Shown here in pieces: positions 12,601-24,990 of a stretch of 64,000 nucleotides of DNA. The notes beneath the pieces are model-generated. The model was not told where the DNA came from, made no database searches, and saw only the letters and a list, made by a program, of their open reading frames with translations. Both the position numbers and the translations under genes were made by a program. Source of the stretch: Ramazzottius varieornatus (lineage: Eukaryota; Animalia; Tardigrada); contig BDGG01000001.1 of assembly GCA_001949185.1 (NCBI GenBank), forward strand, positions 248,001-312,000, written 5' to 3'. Position 1 is the first letter of the stretch, and each line of letters starts with the position of its first letter.

Positions 12601-15318
12601 TCCGTACTCGCCCTTCGACATGTGGAGATTGCCGAGGAGGAGGTGACTGTCCGGATGGTCGGGACTGACACTTCCGGCTTCCTTGAACCAGTCACTGGCT
12701 TCCAGGATGTTGCCTCGGTCGCGCGAAAGGCAACCGACGCGCAGGTAGCAGTCCACGTAATTGGGATGATCCACCACGATACCCTGCAAGGACACAAAAT
12801 CACAAATCCTTTCAGGTATGAACAGAAATCCTTGCTGAAAAACTGTAAAAGGTTTCTCATTCGGCTGGCATATTGGAAGGCCGGTAAAAGAACGTACTGG
12901 ACTGCCATCTCAAGTGCCGCACAATTTCATTGTACATGGCTGAAAGCGTGCGCCACTTGAGAAGTTCGATCTTCAGTGGCGCACGTTCCAGTGTTTTTGG
13001 CTGAAGCACGCTCCACTCAGCAAACTCAGACGTTTCATCCATTGGTCAATTTCTTTGAATTTTCCTGCTGTTGGAACAATTCGTGTACGGCACGGCCTTG
13101 TTCGACAAATTTCTCGTAGAAAAAGGCAGAGTTGATTCGTGAGCTTTGTCAATAAAGTACCTTGTAGCATCGTTGAGCCTCGTCGTGGTCCTTCTCCGCT
13201 TCAGCCAATCTTCCCTTGTTGTAGAGCATGGTGGTCTGGATCCACTTGTAGTGGTGCTCGTTCTCCGCACTAAGCTTCTCTTGTTCCGCTTCCGCACGGG
13301 CGATGGCCCAGTCCAAGTACTTCCGGCTCTCCTCAATTTTCCCCAGCTGGAAATCCAACACGCTGACGTTGTTCAACAGCTCTGGAGGTATCACATCGTT
13401 CAGGGTATCTCTTTCGCGGTAGATCTCGATCACTCGACGGTACGTGTTCAACGCACCTTCCTACGAAGACCAGAGAAGTCAAGTCTACCCAATTGCAGCA
13501 GGAATCGAAGGAGTTTCAACGGCGCTCATAGTATGAGCTCACTCAGTTTCTATTCGAACTTCCGAACTGTTTTAGGCCATATGAAACCGTCGGAATAGAA
13601 ACCAGGCAAGTTCAAGCATGATCTCTACTGCACAGCCGCCTGAGTTCTATCTCACAGTATTCAAGATGGAGAGACTTACTGGATCGAGAGTTTCTTGGAG
13701 TTCCGCGAACTTGATGTGAGCATCAATGTCATCTGGTCTCGCTTCACAGACCCTCTTGAGGTAGTTCTTGGCCTGGTTTTTCTTCTCCTTCGTTCCAGTC
13801 TGAAGGTACAGTATCCCGAGAATCTTTAACGTCTCGACGTTGTTGGGCGACACAGCCAGCACTTTCTCGAAGCTCAGCATCGCATTGGCGATGTCGTTCC
13901 TCTGCAAGTACATCTGCCCAAGGCCATAGTGAGGAAGAACGAAAGAAGGCTTAGCGAACTGCGTGGCTTGGTAGTAGAACTGGAAGGCTTGGTCGTAGTT
14001 GCCGTCGTAGTGGTGACACTTGCCCGCAATGTAGACACTCTCAGCCTTCAGATGCTCACTCTTGGACTTCTGGATGGCCATCATGGCCAGAGGGAGAGCT
14101 TTGTTGGTCTCTCGACGGTAGAAGAAGTGCTCGGCCAGCAGGTTGAGGTTGATGGGTTGCATCTGGTCGATCTTGTAGACGCGAACGATGTGTTGCATGG
14201 CGGTCTGGACGGAAGCGTCCGTGTTCTCGTTGAGGAAGATCAGCGCCAGACCGACCATCGCTCCAGTGCATATCGAATCGAGCTGAAGAGCGCGTTCGTA
14301 AGCTAGTCGAGCTCGCTCGTGGCGACCGAGCTTGAAGAGACAGTGACCAATGGCCATCCTACGGCAGAAAAGCAGTCAGAAACGTTCTGGTCAATCAACA
14401 AACCAAATCAACCGTACGACCGACGCAAAGCCATATTTTATCCTCAACTCGCACATGACGTCAAATCTGCCAGCGTTCATCCCGCTATTACCCCCCGAAA
14501 ACCCATCCCATCAGGTGACGTCATGCGCTGGTTGGGTGGTTGCCGAACTGAGCAAAGGCAATCATCAATCAGCTCAATTTTGCTCAGTTTGAGTAAAAGG
14601 TTCAGGAAAGTTTCGAAGAAGGTTTAAGGGTAGACAAGACTTACCGGATTTCAGGAGAGCAGTCAGGATGCGCTCGGAGGATATTCTTGAAGCAGACCAG
14701 CGCCTTCTTATAGTCTGCTTTCTGGAACGCCATCAACCCCCTTCCCTGTAACGCCAGATAATCGTTGGGGAAGCTCTTTAGCACGTAATCGAACTGTGTA
14801 GCAGCTTGATCCAGCTTCTCGGGGTCCAGTAGACAGAAATAGGCTCGACCAATGAGATGGTAAAGCGAGGTGACCATCAGCTGATCGACATTGCTATACA
14901 ATCTCATAGCCTTGGTAAACATTTCCTTCTTCTCCTTCTCCGAGTACTTGTCCTTGGTCAGTTCGATGGTGTAGTAGTTGGCCATGAGATCCATGCAGAA
15001 GGCAGCGTCGGGACGGTCGGGCGTCTCGTTGTTGGGGTAGCGCTGAATCTGCTTGTAGGCTTCGGAGAGAATGTCGATGAAGATGTCCTCGTTGCCGCGG
15101 GCATGACAGTGGAGAGCCAGCACGTTGGCGATCTTGATGGGAGGCTCTTCGTTCTGGATGACTTCCACCAGGTCGTTCTTGTGGGGCAGGTTGTCCAGGT
15201 AGATTTCCACCACGTCCGAGCTGTTCTTGATGGGCACCGCCATCATCGTCTCGCTGAGGAAATCCTTCTTCCAGTAGTCTGGCGGCGGCTGGATGTCAAA
15301 GGTGTTGTTGTGTGCCAT
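9666..15318 (-). CDS. CTR9: RNA polymerase-associated protein CTR9 (PAF1 complex TPR subunit), multi-exon
   Basis: TPR exons with YDQAFQFYYQATQFA, FVLPHYGLGQMY, HPNYVDCYLRVGCLSRDRG and FSVVRESTADILDLWINIG, followed by an acidic/basic tail with KYKTKAIISDTESSSS. Confidence 0.96.
10575..10845. repeat. Tandem cluster (about 4 copies) of a ~50-bp palindromic repeat in a CTR9 intron
   Basis: Arms CAAGTGGCGCAC / GTGCGCCACTTG about 25 nt apart. Other copies near 3367, 7768, 8455, 8532, 9460, 12911, 12973, 54238, 58749, 59530, 59607 and 60697. Confidence 0.85.
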
Positions 15319-15625
15319 CGTCGTGGCTGGTCCTTTCCCTACCCTGCAAAATCAAACAGCACAAAGGAGACAGACAGAATCCCAAGGTGTGAGATGGTGA
15401 TGATCGAAGGACAAAGTAAATGTTTTGCGATCGTCGCAGAGTCAGACTCATATAGAGATTACAGAACGAGAGAAACTCCAAACCCCTCAAACTCACTTCT
15501 TACTTCGCGATGTCCGATTGATTGTTGATGGACTGGCAGATCCATAGAACTGATCAACAATCAAGCGAACGCGCCGAAATGAAAGGGGATTTGAGGGGCG
15601 TCATTGTTTATCTGATTATCAGATC

Positions 15626-15747
15626 CAGGGCCGCCGCGGCCTGTATCGAATGTATCACGTCGCGATCAATTTTGCACTTTGGTCAGCCTTAGTCAGTGCC
15701 GTCACGCTGCAATCGTGATACATTCGATACAGGTCGCGGCGGCCCTG
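15626..15747. mobile_element. 122-bp MITE, hAT-like termini
   Basis: 34-bp TIR CAGGGCCGCCGCGGCCTGTATCGAATGTATCACG with one mismatch. Flanks atcagatc / gtcagatg match 6/8, consistent with a decayed 8-bp TSD. Confidence 0.75.
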
Positions 15748-15766
15748 GTCAGATGACATGACTTAC

Positions 15767-16286
15767 TAGTGAGTATTCGTCCGGCGCTGACGATTACAAT
15801 ACAATGACGATGGCTCCTCTACGTCATCAAAAATGGGAGGAGAGTGCCTCTATTGTAATCGTATTGTTATCGTATGAAGATACTTGGGCAAAGTATCGTC
15901 ACGAACTTTGGCTGCTCATCGATCCTGTTTCAGAGCACCCACATGGTCAAGCTTGATACCAAAATGTGGGGAAAACATTCCTCTTCCATTCGATATTTTC
16001 CGGGAACGAGTAGACTGCACCTCAGCAATCCAAACCTAAATTTAGTGGGGTGGAAAAAATGAAATTAGCCATTTTAGCCGTTCCGCAGCTAAAATCAAGG
16101 CGTCACAGGACGTCACGTAACCCGGCGTAAACCATTGCTTTCAGCGGCGGTACGGAGCGACTCCTATCGTTCGTAAGTCGTTTCTCGATTGCCAAATACA
16201 CACAGCTCGTTACCATGCGCAGACGATACGACTTCAATTGAATTGTATCGTAATCGGGATCGTAACTGCAGGACGAATACTCACTA
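15767..16286. mobile_element. ~520-bp non-autonomous TIR element
   Basis: Perfect 16-bp TIR TAGTGAGTATTCGTCC plus subterminal CGATTAC repeats in both orientations. No TSD recognised. Confidence 0.55.
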
Positions 16287-16737
16287 CTATTAGGTGCGGA
16301 AGTATGACTTGTCCGCTGTTTTCGAACACCAACTTCGAACAATTTTTTTCTCCCGTTTGAACCAAGTATTTCAACCCAAAATTTCTGCAATATAATGCAC
16401 CATGATTTCGGGAATCGGGAAGGCTATCGGGAATGCTCACGCATATCGAAATCACGAGTGTTCGTCGAGCACCAAAATCAATTTAGCAAAAGTGGCTGGT
16501 TCGTGAAAAACTCGCCACTTTAAGGACAGCAATTTTTGCGAGCGCGCAGATCCCTTTAGAAGCCTAAGCAGTGGCGGCCATACAAAATGATTTACCGGCA
16601 GAGACAGATAGTGCTCGAATGTACCACTTGTCGATGAGATAAGCCGCAAGAATTGCGTCTGCTATGATGACGCAAGGGCTAATGTACCGTTCGGCCGATT
16701 GAACTTGGTCTTGTACAAAAAATTCAATCAAGCCGCT

Positions 16738-17681
16738 TCAAAATTCATATACGTCATCATACGCGTCCTTAAGCCAAAAGAATTCGTCATCGATAGACCA
16801 TACTTCTGCAGTATCAGCTGTCTTTGCCGGCAAATATATCAATACTACGTTGGCCGCAGCTGAGCCTGAGTATGTCTGCAAAGCATGCTGCGATGGTTGC
16901 TTTTTTTTAAATGACTTAAGTTTTCTTCTCAAACACTGGCAGCAAAGTTATCCGGGTGGAAACTTGGACTCGAGTTCTAAACTACAGTCACGGTCACGAG
17001 TCATCGTACGACTATGGTCTTCATTTGATTGCCCGTAGTTTGTGGGATCTTCGAACAGGAAGATGGTCCGCACTTGCTTTGCATACTGCCAAACGTTAAA
17101 GCCACTCTCCTTCTCCTCGCAGTACTGTCGCAGGAACGGTGCCGACTCTCGCGAAATTTCAGCCTTCCAAGTGCTGCTTACCCTAAAATCACTGAACGAT
17201 ACTGAGATGCTCACCCACACCTTGCCGTTTTCCGTCATCTGATTGCTGGTACTTTAGCACGATAACCTTACCGTCGCATTTTGAGCAGCTTGATGAAATC
17301 AATGGAGTGCAGGATTTCTTCGAGCAGGGCTGCGAGAATATCCTGCAACTTGGCCGAAGCCATAGCGGCGAGGTGCGTCTCTTGACATTCAACCAGTCCG
17401 GGTGCGTCTCTCACCTCCAACGACATGCGTCCGAGATACGGGGCAAATATATTCATCCGAGCGGCCATTCTCCTTCAAGATACAGTAAGCAAGTCGATAA
17501 AGTCGTTCAACAATTGGTTTTCCCTCTCCCTCCACAATTGTAGGATTTTCGGCTCGTGGTATCGCACAACCAGCATCGCAGAATCATCTGGACACCACTG
17601 GTTTTGACGTACCACATACTGCGACGTTACGGAGGATCTTTCGAACGACAAAGGCCGAGAGTCGGTCGTCGCAAGTCGCAA
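16738..17681 (-). pseudogene. Decayed ORF of unknown function
   Basis: ORF pieces 17475-17681 and 17268-17468 are in frame, as are 16948-17238 and 16738-16932, separated by stops and a frameshift. No recognised domain. Confidence 0.35.
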
Positions 17682-18024
17682 CAGGTATTTTAAAGATATT
17701 AATATTTACAATTTGCAACTGGACTGAATAACCTCACCTGTTGAATTTGTTGAACGACTTTATCGACTTGCTTACTGTATCTTGAAGGAGAATGGCCGCT
17801 CGGATGAATATATTTGCCCCGTATCTCGGACGCATGTCGTTGGAGGTGAGAGACGCACCCGGACTGGTTGAATGTCAAGAGACGCACCTCGCCGCTATGG
17901 CTTCGGCCAAGCTGCAGGATATTCTCGCAGCCCTGCTCGAAGAAATCCTGCACTCCATTGATTTCATCAAGCTGCTCAAAATGCGACGGTAAGGTTATCG
18001 TGCTAAAGTACCAGCAATCAGATG
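17236..18024. repeat. 278-bp near-perfect inverted duplication (17236-17513 vs 17747-18024)
   Basis: Direct sequence comparison. It explains the identical ORFs at 17268-17468(-) and 17792-17992(+). Confidence 0.95.
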
Positions 18025-18185
18025 CTAAAGTACCAGCAATGAATTTGACAGAATGTTAAAGACATTCATCAAGGGTACTGTAAACTTTCACTGTTATATC
18101 GATGGATCCAGTAACTACTGCAGTAACTACTGCAGTCGGACTACGAGCAACATTCTCAACTGAGCGACCCTCCGATCGAATCTGA

Positions 18186-18240
18186 GAACGTCCAGTGGCT
18201 GTATGTGGCCTGTGCCTTTGGGCGGTATCGTATTTCCCGC
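18186..18240 (-). pseudogene. Tiny pogo/Tigger (DDE_1) transposase-like fragment
   Basis: TIPPKGTGHIQPLDV matches the DDE_1 motif PPxxTxxxQPLDV. Confidence 0.45.
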
Positions 18241-19543
18241 CAGGTCGATCTGGACGTCTAAGTACAAGATCAAGCCTGAGACATGCTTTAAAATAGCGAT
18301 ATAACGGTGAAAGTTTACAGTACCCTTGATGAATGTCTTTAACATTCTGTTAAATTCGCTCGGAGGGTCGCTTAGTTGAAAATATTGCTCGTAGTCCGAC
18401 TGCAGTAGTTTCAAAATGCTGAAGGGATTAACTGGATCCATGGTGCTATCGGAAGGAGAAGAAGAGGAGAAAGGGATTCTCAAAAACAGAAGTGATGAGC
18501 TTGCATGCTGAAGCACGATGTAGCTGTGTCAATCAACAAAGAATCAACCACATGGAAATCAAACCGCTTGATTGACTAACTATGTACCGCCCAGATTTTG
18601 ACGTCCCTTCCGGTTCCTGTATAGGCTTCCAGGATTTCATTCGCCAGTCTACGCCAGTTTCAGATGATGGAGCAGACTCTTCTCTACCATTCTATCATAC
18701 CAGAATATTTCGGGAAGGCGGAGGACAGGCATAATCCCCTCGTCAGCCGTCAAACCACCCCTCGTCCACCGGTAATGGACTGTCACGTAATGTGACATGC
18801 ATTACTGTACTGTATTGAAGAAAAAGGGAAAGCGCGCCGGAAGTCAATGGTGCATGCACTATTAAGATAACAGGGCGCATTACCAGTGGAACAGAATGCA
18901 CAGCTAGCGCTCACACAAAGCCACACTATACCGAGGTGCATCCTCACGCACCTGCATACCTACAATGTGCAAGTGTGTCTGTGACCATTTGCATTATTTT
19001 TGTTCTGGACTTTCTTCTGATTTTCGTGATTTTCTGGACGTTCTTTTCTGCTTTGAAGTAGCGTGGGTTGCTTGTTAGCCTGTAGACGTGGACAACAGGT
19101 CTCTGGGAGTAAGTTCTGACCTTCCTGGGGAAAGCTGACCGCTGGCTATCGAGGAAACTGCTGACCAGTTCAGTCACCGTACTGCGATATTCCATTCAAC
19201 TTTACCGTCTTCTTTGATGCTTCCAAGCTTTGCCCTAACTTCCACAAGCTCCTCAAAGCTTCTACCAAGATTATTGGACGGAATCCGAGTCGGTGGTGGA
19301 TGTCTGACGGTGGATAAGTCATCCGTCGAGGTGAGAGTGTTCACTTCGATAACTTTCCGTGTCGCGCAGTCACATGAGCTATATTTCAAAAATTTGCGCG
19401 AGTTGATCAGGGCTGACCAATTGTCGTTTGCTGTATCCACTCAGAGCGGCGCACTTTATACAGCGATATACTGATATAGTGCGCGAGTTTTAAACAAGTG
19501 TTTGCTTGCTTTTAGTTGCAGGTTGTCGCGTTCCGAATCCAAA

Positions 19544-20447
19544 ATGCTGCTACTGTACGCTCTGTTGTTGGTGTTCTTCGCTGGAACCGAACAGGCCTGT
19601 CCGCTCAAGTGTTCCTGTCAACTGGAGGCGGTGATTGACTGCCGTGACATGGCCTTGACAAGCTTGGGCGGGGAGGATGGAGTGATTGACGGGAGTATCC
19701 GAACGGTAAGTTTGCGAACTGACCTGACCTGACCTGACTTGACTTGACATACGTGACAAGACACCCAAAATTGTAATGTTTCTAACTTTAACGTTCTCAC
19801 TGGATAAAGCTGGATGGTATGTGGTGACAAACCATTTACAGATGTTCACAATGTGTATTTTAAATTCCAATAGTTGTAATCATTTTCAGATCCTGGCTCG
19901 TGACAACTCGCTTCGCCACGTGAGCGTGTCTTTGCTGTTGATGTCCTACCCGAAATTGAAGCTGCTAGTTCTAACCACTAATGCCGACCTGGAGTGTCCA
20001 TCGCAGCAGCCGGAAGTTGCCATTGTGGGATGCTTGTACAGTAGCACCAACGTCGCTCAAACTACAACCGCCGCACCAACAACTCGCTCAACCACCTCCA
20101 TCAAGACTAATGCAATAAATCCATACATCAATGAAAGCGGTGTGGATAATGTCAGCCAAGCCTCCGAAGCTCCTCAAAGTATTTTTCGTTTTCTCAAACG
20201 TTTTTAAGTATTTTCGATGCGGTTTTTTGTAATTTTAGATCCAACGTGGAAGGTCACGGTATATGTGGCAGTGGGAGTTGTGGCAAGCGTGATCTTTGTT
20301 GCGGCTTTTGTCGGTGCAGTGTACTTCGCTTGTCGAAAGTTTCGCAAGGACCAGCCACTGGAATTTTACAGTCCCCGTAGTCTCGTTAACCCGAATGCTG
20401 TTTACGCGTCGCGCCTTGACGAGACTGACTCGATTGAGTCGGAATAG
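19544..20447 (+). CDS. Intact 3-exon type I membrane protein: signal peptide, LRRNT cap, short LRR-like region, Thr-rich stalk, TM helix, short tail (~219 aa)
   Basis: Exons 19544-19705, 19890-20178 and 20239-20447 are in frame with GT-AG introns. CPLKCSCQLEAVIDC is an LRRNT motif. TM is VTVYVAVGVVASVIFVAAFVGAVYFAC followed by RKFRK. Confidence 0.8.
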
Positions 20448-21957
20448 TGTGCTGACCTGGACGTTTACTCATCTATTGCAGAGGTTTTTGGTAGCTTCTT
20501 TCCCAGACAGATCTGTACAGTCCTTCAGATTTCGCTTGTTTACAGATGCTTCTGACGTCTGATGTGGATTTTACTTGAGAAGTTTATGTACTTTTAGCAT
20601 TCTTTTGTTGAAACGGTGAACAGTGAGAATTCATGTGAAATAAAACGTGTCAACTGCCGGATATTTACCGTGGAGTGATAACAAGTGACAAAAGTCTGGT
20701 TAGTTGCCGTGAGCCTTTGTGCCGATGGGATGACAGGCTGAGATTTCTGTGCAAACAAGATCATTAACACGTTCATGACCTATGGGCGGTGTCGAATCAC
20801 CTGTCGTGAGCGCTATGATAATGAGTCGACAGGTCGTAATTTCTGTGAGAACAATTTCATCAACAGGTTCATGACCTGAGCTGGAATATGGTCGGCACAA
20901 GGATGGAATAAAAGCACCACCCCGACGGCGTCGTAAAACAAAGATGGAATATTTCAAGTAGTCAACACTCGAAATCGGTCACACCCACCTTCCCGAGTCA
21001 AGCAATCATATAAAAGAGCTCCAACTCTGGAATATTTCTTATCAGTTTGATTTTCCGGCATGTCTGTCGTTGCTTTGAACGTTTCAGTCAAAGTTCGGAT
21101 TTCCAGCCTTGGCAAAGCAAACGAAGTGTAGGGTTTTTTACGTGATCGCTGCAAGCTCTGTTACCGCTTCTTTTACCAAGCTCCTCGCTTCTTAGTTTGC
21201 CAGATTTCTCATTTCCTCGTTACTGACGAACCATCCGTTGTGCTTTTCCAAATCCGTGTAAAGCCAGCTCCTGCCCTTCATCCCCGTCCGATCCTCGACA
21301 CGTTCCGATCTTTTCGTCGCATCGACCAAACGCTGACCGACCGCGGCGTTATCTCCCCCTTTACCTTCGCTACAGTCCGATAAAACTCATCATGGCCCAA
21401 ACCTACAACGCGATTGCAGTCTACAATCCGGAGCAGCCACAAGTCGACCGACTAAAGCTCTGCGACACACGGAACGTCTTGTTCACGGTAAGTGCTGCCA
21501 CCTGCTAACTTTACGGTACTATTGTAGGAATTTTCGACGAATAATTGGATTCGGACCAGACTATGTCCAATTTACTTTACCAAGTTTAAGCGTTCATCAA
21601 TGAACCATCCACTTTTTGATCGACTCATAAACTCGTACTAGACGGGGCGTATAAAATGGACATGAACTGGGCTGTTGCAGAAAATTTTTGCTGACTTTCG
21701 GATTGCGCATAATTTGATACTATTTGTTCCTTGAACAGCCGAAAAACTTTTCAGCTGTAACGAGCGCACTGTACTATCCTCGTGGCATTACGTATCATTT
21801 TTAGCTAAAAGATTGTGCGGGCGGTTTCTCCTACTAGAACGAGCAGTTCGTTTTCGACTTCCGCCGATAATCTGAGAGGAAGAATGGCTATGTTGCATGG
21901 TCGGGGGAAGAAGCCCTGCGTATAAGTCTATCCGACTTTGACAACTTTGTCGGATGG

Positions 21958-22551
21958 ATGCAGGGTTTGATGGCACAGCTCAAGTTGGGGGAGAGCCGGG
22001 GTAGACGTCTTCACTATTTGTGTGAAGCCGGGAACGCCGAAACTGACATAGATGGGCGGGGAAACGTCAGGTTCACCAAGCAGGGTTTTAAGGTGACATC
22101 CTTCGAGCTAGACATGCACCAAATGGGCGCCTTCATGGCAGGCATCATAGAACGGCGAGATTTCTCCGAGAGCACCCAGGGATCGCTCTCGCCACACCGC
22201 GTCTGGAAGCGGGAACGTGACTTTTTCAATCAGCAGCAGGGGTTCAATCAGCCTCAACAGCGAAATTTTAACCAGCAGCTGCAGCAGGTCAATTACCAGC
22301 CTACACAACAGACATTTAATCGGCAGCCGGGAAATGATGAACGTGAACCGCCATGTGTTGGACGTCAAGTGGTGCAAACATACAACCAAACCCAGGGGTT
22401 CATTCAACAGCATGGGCAGGGGTTCCCGGCCCCGCCGATGCTTCCCCCAATTCTTTTCTGCAGTCGCAAGGAAGACCAGCGGGACAAGAAGACCGACATG
22501 CTGATCGAAATCAAGAAAGAACCGCTTGAAATCGAGAACATCAGCCCGTAA
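21958..22551 (+). CDS. Maverick-associated accessory ORF with Q/N-rich repeats
   Basis: 197-aa ORF with FNQQQGFNQPQQRNFNQQ repeats and a C-terminal IKKE. Same strand as, and just upstream of, the pPolB block. Confidence 0.45.
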   Translation: MQGLMAQLKLGESRGRRLHYLCEAGNAETDIDGRGNVRFTKQGFKVTSFELDMHQMGAFMAGIIERRDFSESTQGSLSPHRVWKRERDFFNQQQGFNQPQQRNFNQQLQQVNYQPTQQTFNRQPGNDEREPPCVGRQVVQTYNQTQGFIQQHGQGFPAPPMLPPILFCSRKEDQRDKKTDMLIEIKKEPLEIENISP

Positions 22552-22623
22552 GACGCTGAAGTGTTTGGACAGTGAAAATTTGGGTTTCTACCATAGTATA
22601 GAATAGCGTGTTCAAACTATACT

Positions 22624-22915
22624 ATGTCTTTCAGGCCCAATACCAGCAAGCCCCAGCCTCCACCCGCTACCGCCAATGCTAATGGCATAGGGGATAAGAA
22701 GTGAGTGTGACTCCATTCCATTTCGATATTAGCTACGCGCTCCAATTTCTTTTACTGTACTGCGAGCTATCTTGTAACTTCTTGTCTTCAGGTTGGTGGA
22801 CGAGTTTGAGTTGTCTGGGCCGCGACTCATCCGCACAGTTGGACCGAAGCGCAAGAACGGATTCGACAACGAGAACGCGGAAGTCAAGATTACGGCCAAG
22901 AAGACGAAGAAGTAA
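22624..22915 (+). CDS. Small spliced basic ORF (~66 aa) whose stop overlaps the probable pPolB start (TAATG)
   Basis: ATG at 22624, intron 22701-22791 (gtgagt...ttcag), in-frame exon 2 ending KITAKKTKK*. Confidence 0.45.
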
Positions 22916-24990
22916 TGGCGCGTCCATTTGTTTTTGCTCCTACTCGCCATTCTTATTATCGAGTCATTCAGCCTTTTACTATCAACCATTATGAGTACTT
23001 TAACACGAGTGATAGAACTGCTTATCCCTAATAATATTCTAAGCCTCGCCGACTACGATTTTGTTCTGGAGCAAGTCTTTACTCAGTTCTTGAACGACAT
23101 GATTACGAAATTCCAAATCTGCGTCAATGATCGTTTGCGACTTGTGTTCAAACATCCTCAAATGCTGAACTCATCCGTATCAATGCCTTTAGCCTACAGA
23201 CGGCAGCTCAGCGCACGGGGACTGTTGAACTTTATCGAAAGCCTCCTCCGAAGTGGGGAAAGTTTTTGGATATTTGATGGGGAAATGGTTGTGAACTTGA
23301 CCTTGTTCAGGAACCCGGAAGGTTCAGGGTCGGCTTCTCGGGTAAATGCTCCGCAGCAGTTTAGATCAGCAGAGCGAAAGAGCCTGTCGCATGCGATTGT
23401 GTCCATCCAACCTAGCATGTGGGATCCAGACAATAATCTGTGTTGCGCTCGTTCGATAGTCGTGAGCCTTTCGAAGATAGAGGACACGCTGGCAGAATAC
23501 CATGCAGTTCGGGACTCGAGAATGAAGTTGCAATGCGAGCGCGCCAGGCAGCTTCATCTCAGATGAGGGTGTTCCCTTTGGGCCGTGTGGTCTTCCACGG
23601 ATCGAGCTCTTCCAGAAACTACTAGCCAAACGTGTGATCCAGCTGCTGGCGTTTAATTCTAACGCCAACAGAGCTCCAATGAATAACAGTCCGCACTTCC
23701 CCAAGCTAGCAGCATTCTTGTACGATGCTGGGCACTTTGATGCGGTTACAAAGCCGCACCGTATTGTCGGCAAGGATGCTCGATGTGGAGGTACGTAAAC
23801 TAACGTTTCCGGCAAATTGAAAACTACCTTTAAAGCATTATTCAAAATTGCAATGTTCGGTCAAACCTGGGTACTGTGTAAATTTTGGTGGACGCAACTT
23901 GATTTGCGTCCATGGTTTTTATGCTCGGTCAGACCCTGGGTACCGTGAAAATTTTAGTGGACGCAGCCTGATTTGCGTCCATGAAAATTAGACCGGCCTG
24001 CGTTACATCCATAAATCCGAGGTAGTTTAACAGCCCTACATTTACGAGTTTTATACTGGTGGATTGCAGTGGGCTTCGAGTTTGTCAACAACCCAGCACA
24101 GCATGCCTGCGCCAGAGCCTGCTCTAGATGCCACCAATTTGAGTGTTCGTCCAGACAAAACCCTCAGCCGTGCACAATCACCTGCAAAGACTGCCGGAAC
24201 AAGTTTTCTGCTGAAGACTGCTACCAAAACCACCTCAGGTGTATCGTTCGATGCGACGCAAAGAAGGAAGCCAAATCAACTTGCCATGCTTACGAGCGAT
24301 GTGCAGATTGCTACAGTTTTATCAGAGCTCCCGGACGCCCAAGATCCGACCCATACGACTGCGATGCTCAATATTGCTCGGTGTGCAAGAAGTTCGTATC
24401 TCATGGTCATCGGTGCTATATGAAGACCGGCAGTGCTGCCATTCCGAAAAGAACTTTGGTGGCAACAAGCAAGAAGAGCTATGCCGCAGGAGAAGAGCAC
24501 GGAGTCGAAGATTTGGTTTTCGGAGCTGAAGACTTCTTACCAGATGGCCAAGCTCAACCACCAGCCGCTAGAACGCGAGGTAAAAAATGCCTGCTCGGTA
24601 GATTTCTAAAACCTTCCCGCTGGCCTGTGTCAATTTGATTCCACCCCGTTTAATTTCGTTATGGTTTTTTTTTCTTTCAAGGACATCATGATCAACGGAC
24701 ATTTACTTAAGATTTTGAATGTATGCTCGATCTTGCTACCGGAATGCACAGTCCCAACTGCCTCGACTTTATTTGTCTCGAAGACCCTACTATCACGGAG
24801 ACCTTCTATGGAGCAGAGTGCCACATGCAGTTTCTTGACTGGGTCTTTGAGAACTGCACCAACTGCACCTTTTTGGCGCACAATACCAGTCGGTAAGAGA
24901 CTACATTGTAAAAAGTTGTAAAATTAATGTTAAAATCTGATCTCTTATAGGTACTTATACATTTAAAATACATCTCATGTCAGCCGCCCT
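22915..24990 (+). pseudogene. Protein-primed DNA polymerase B, N-terminal half (OTU-like protease, Cys-rich region, 3'-5' exonuclease); 3 introns, frameshifts, polymerase domain deleted
   Basis: DNNLCCARSIVV, LH..GVPFGPCGLPRIELFQ and GHFDAV (OTU Cys/His); CxxC clusters; FT*DFEC (ExoI), HSPN, FYGAEC..FLDWVF and FLAHN (ExoII). Introns 23791-24069, 24580-24681 and 24893-24950. Confidence 0.88.
23853..23984 (+). repeat. Two tandem ~68-bp hairpin-containing repeats in pPolB intron 1; third copy at 32095-32170
   Basis: Shared TCGGTCA..CC(T)GGGTA...AAATTTT.GTGGACGCA.C.TGATTTGCGTCCATG, with stem TGGACGCAA/TTGCGTCCA. Confidence 0.9.

Noticed and set aside
14857-15528. Long plus-strand ORFs opposite CTR9 (likewise opposite TACO1, SUMO, MCT and capsid genes)
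   Set aside because: Antisense shadows of real coding exons.
17699-18059. ORFs duplicated on opposite strands
   Set aside because: By-product of the 278-bp inverted duplication.
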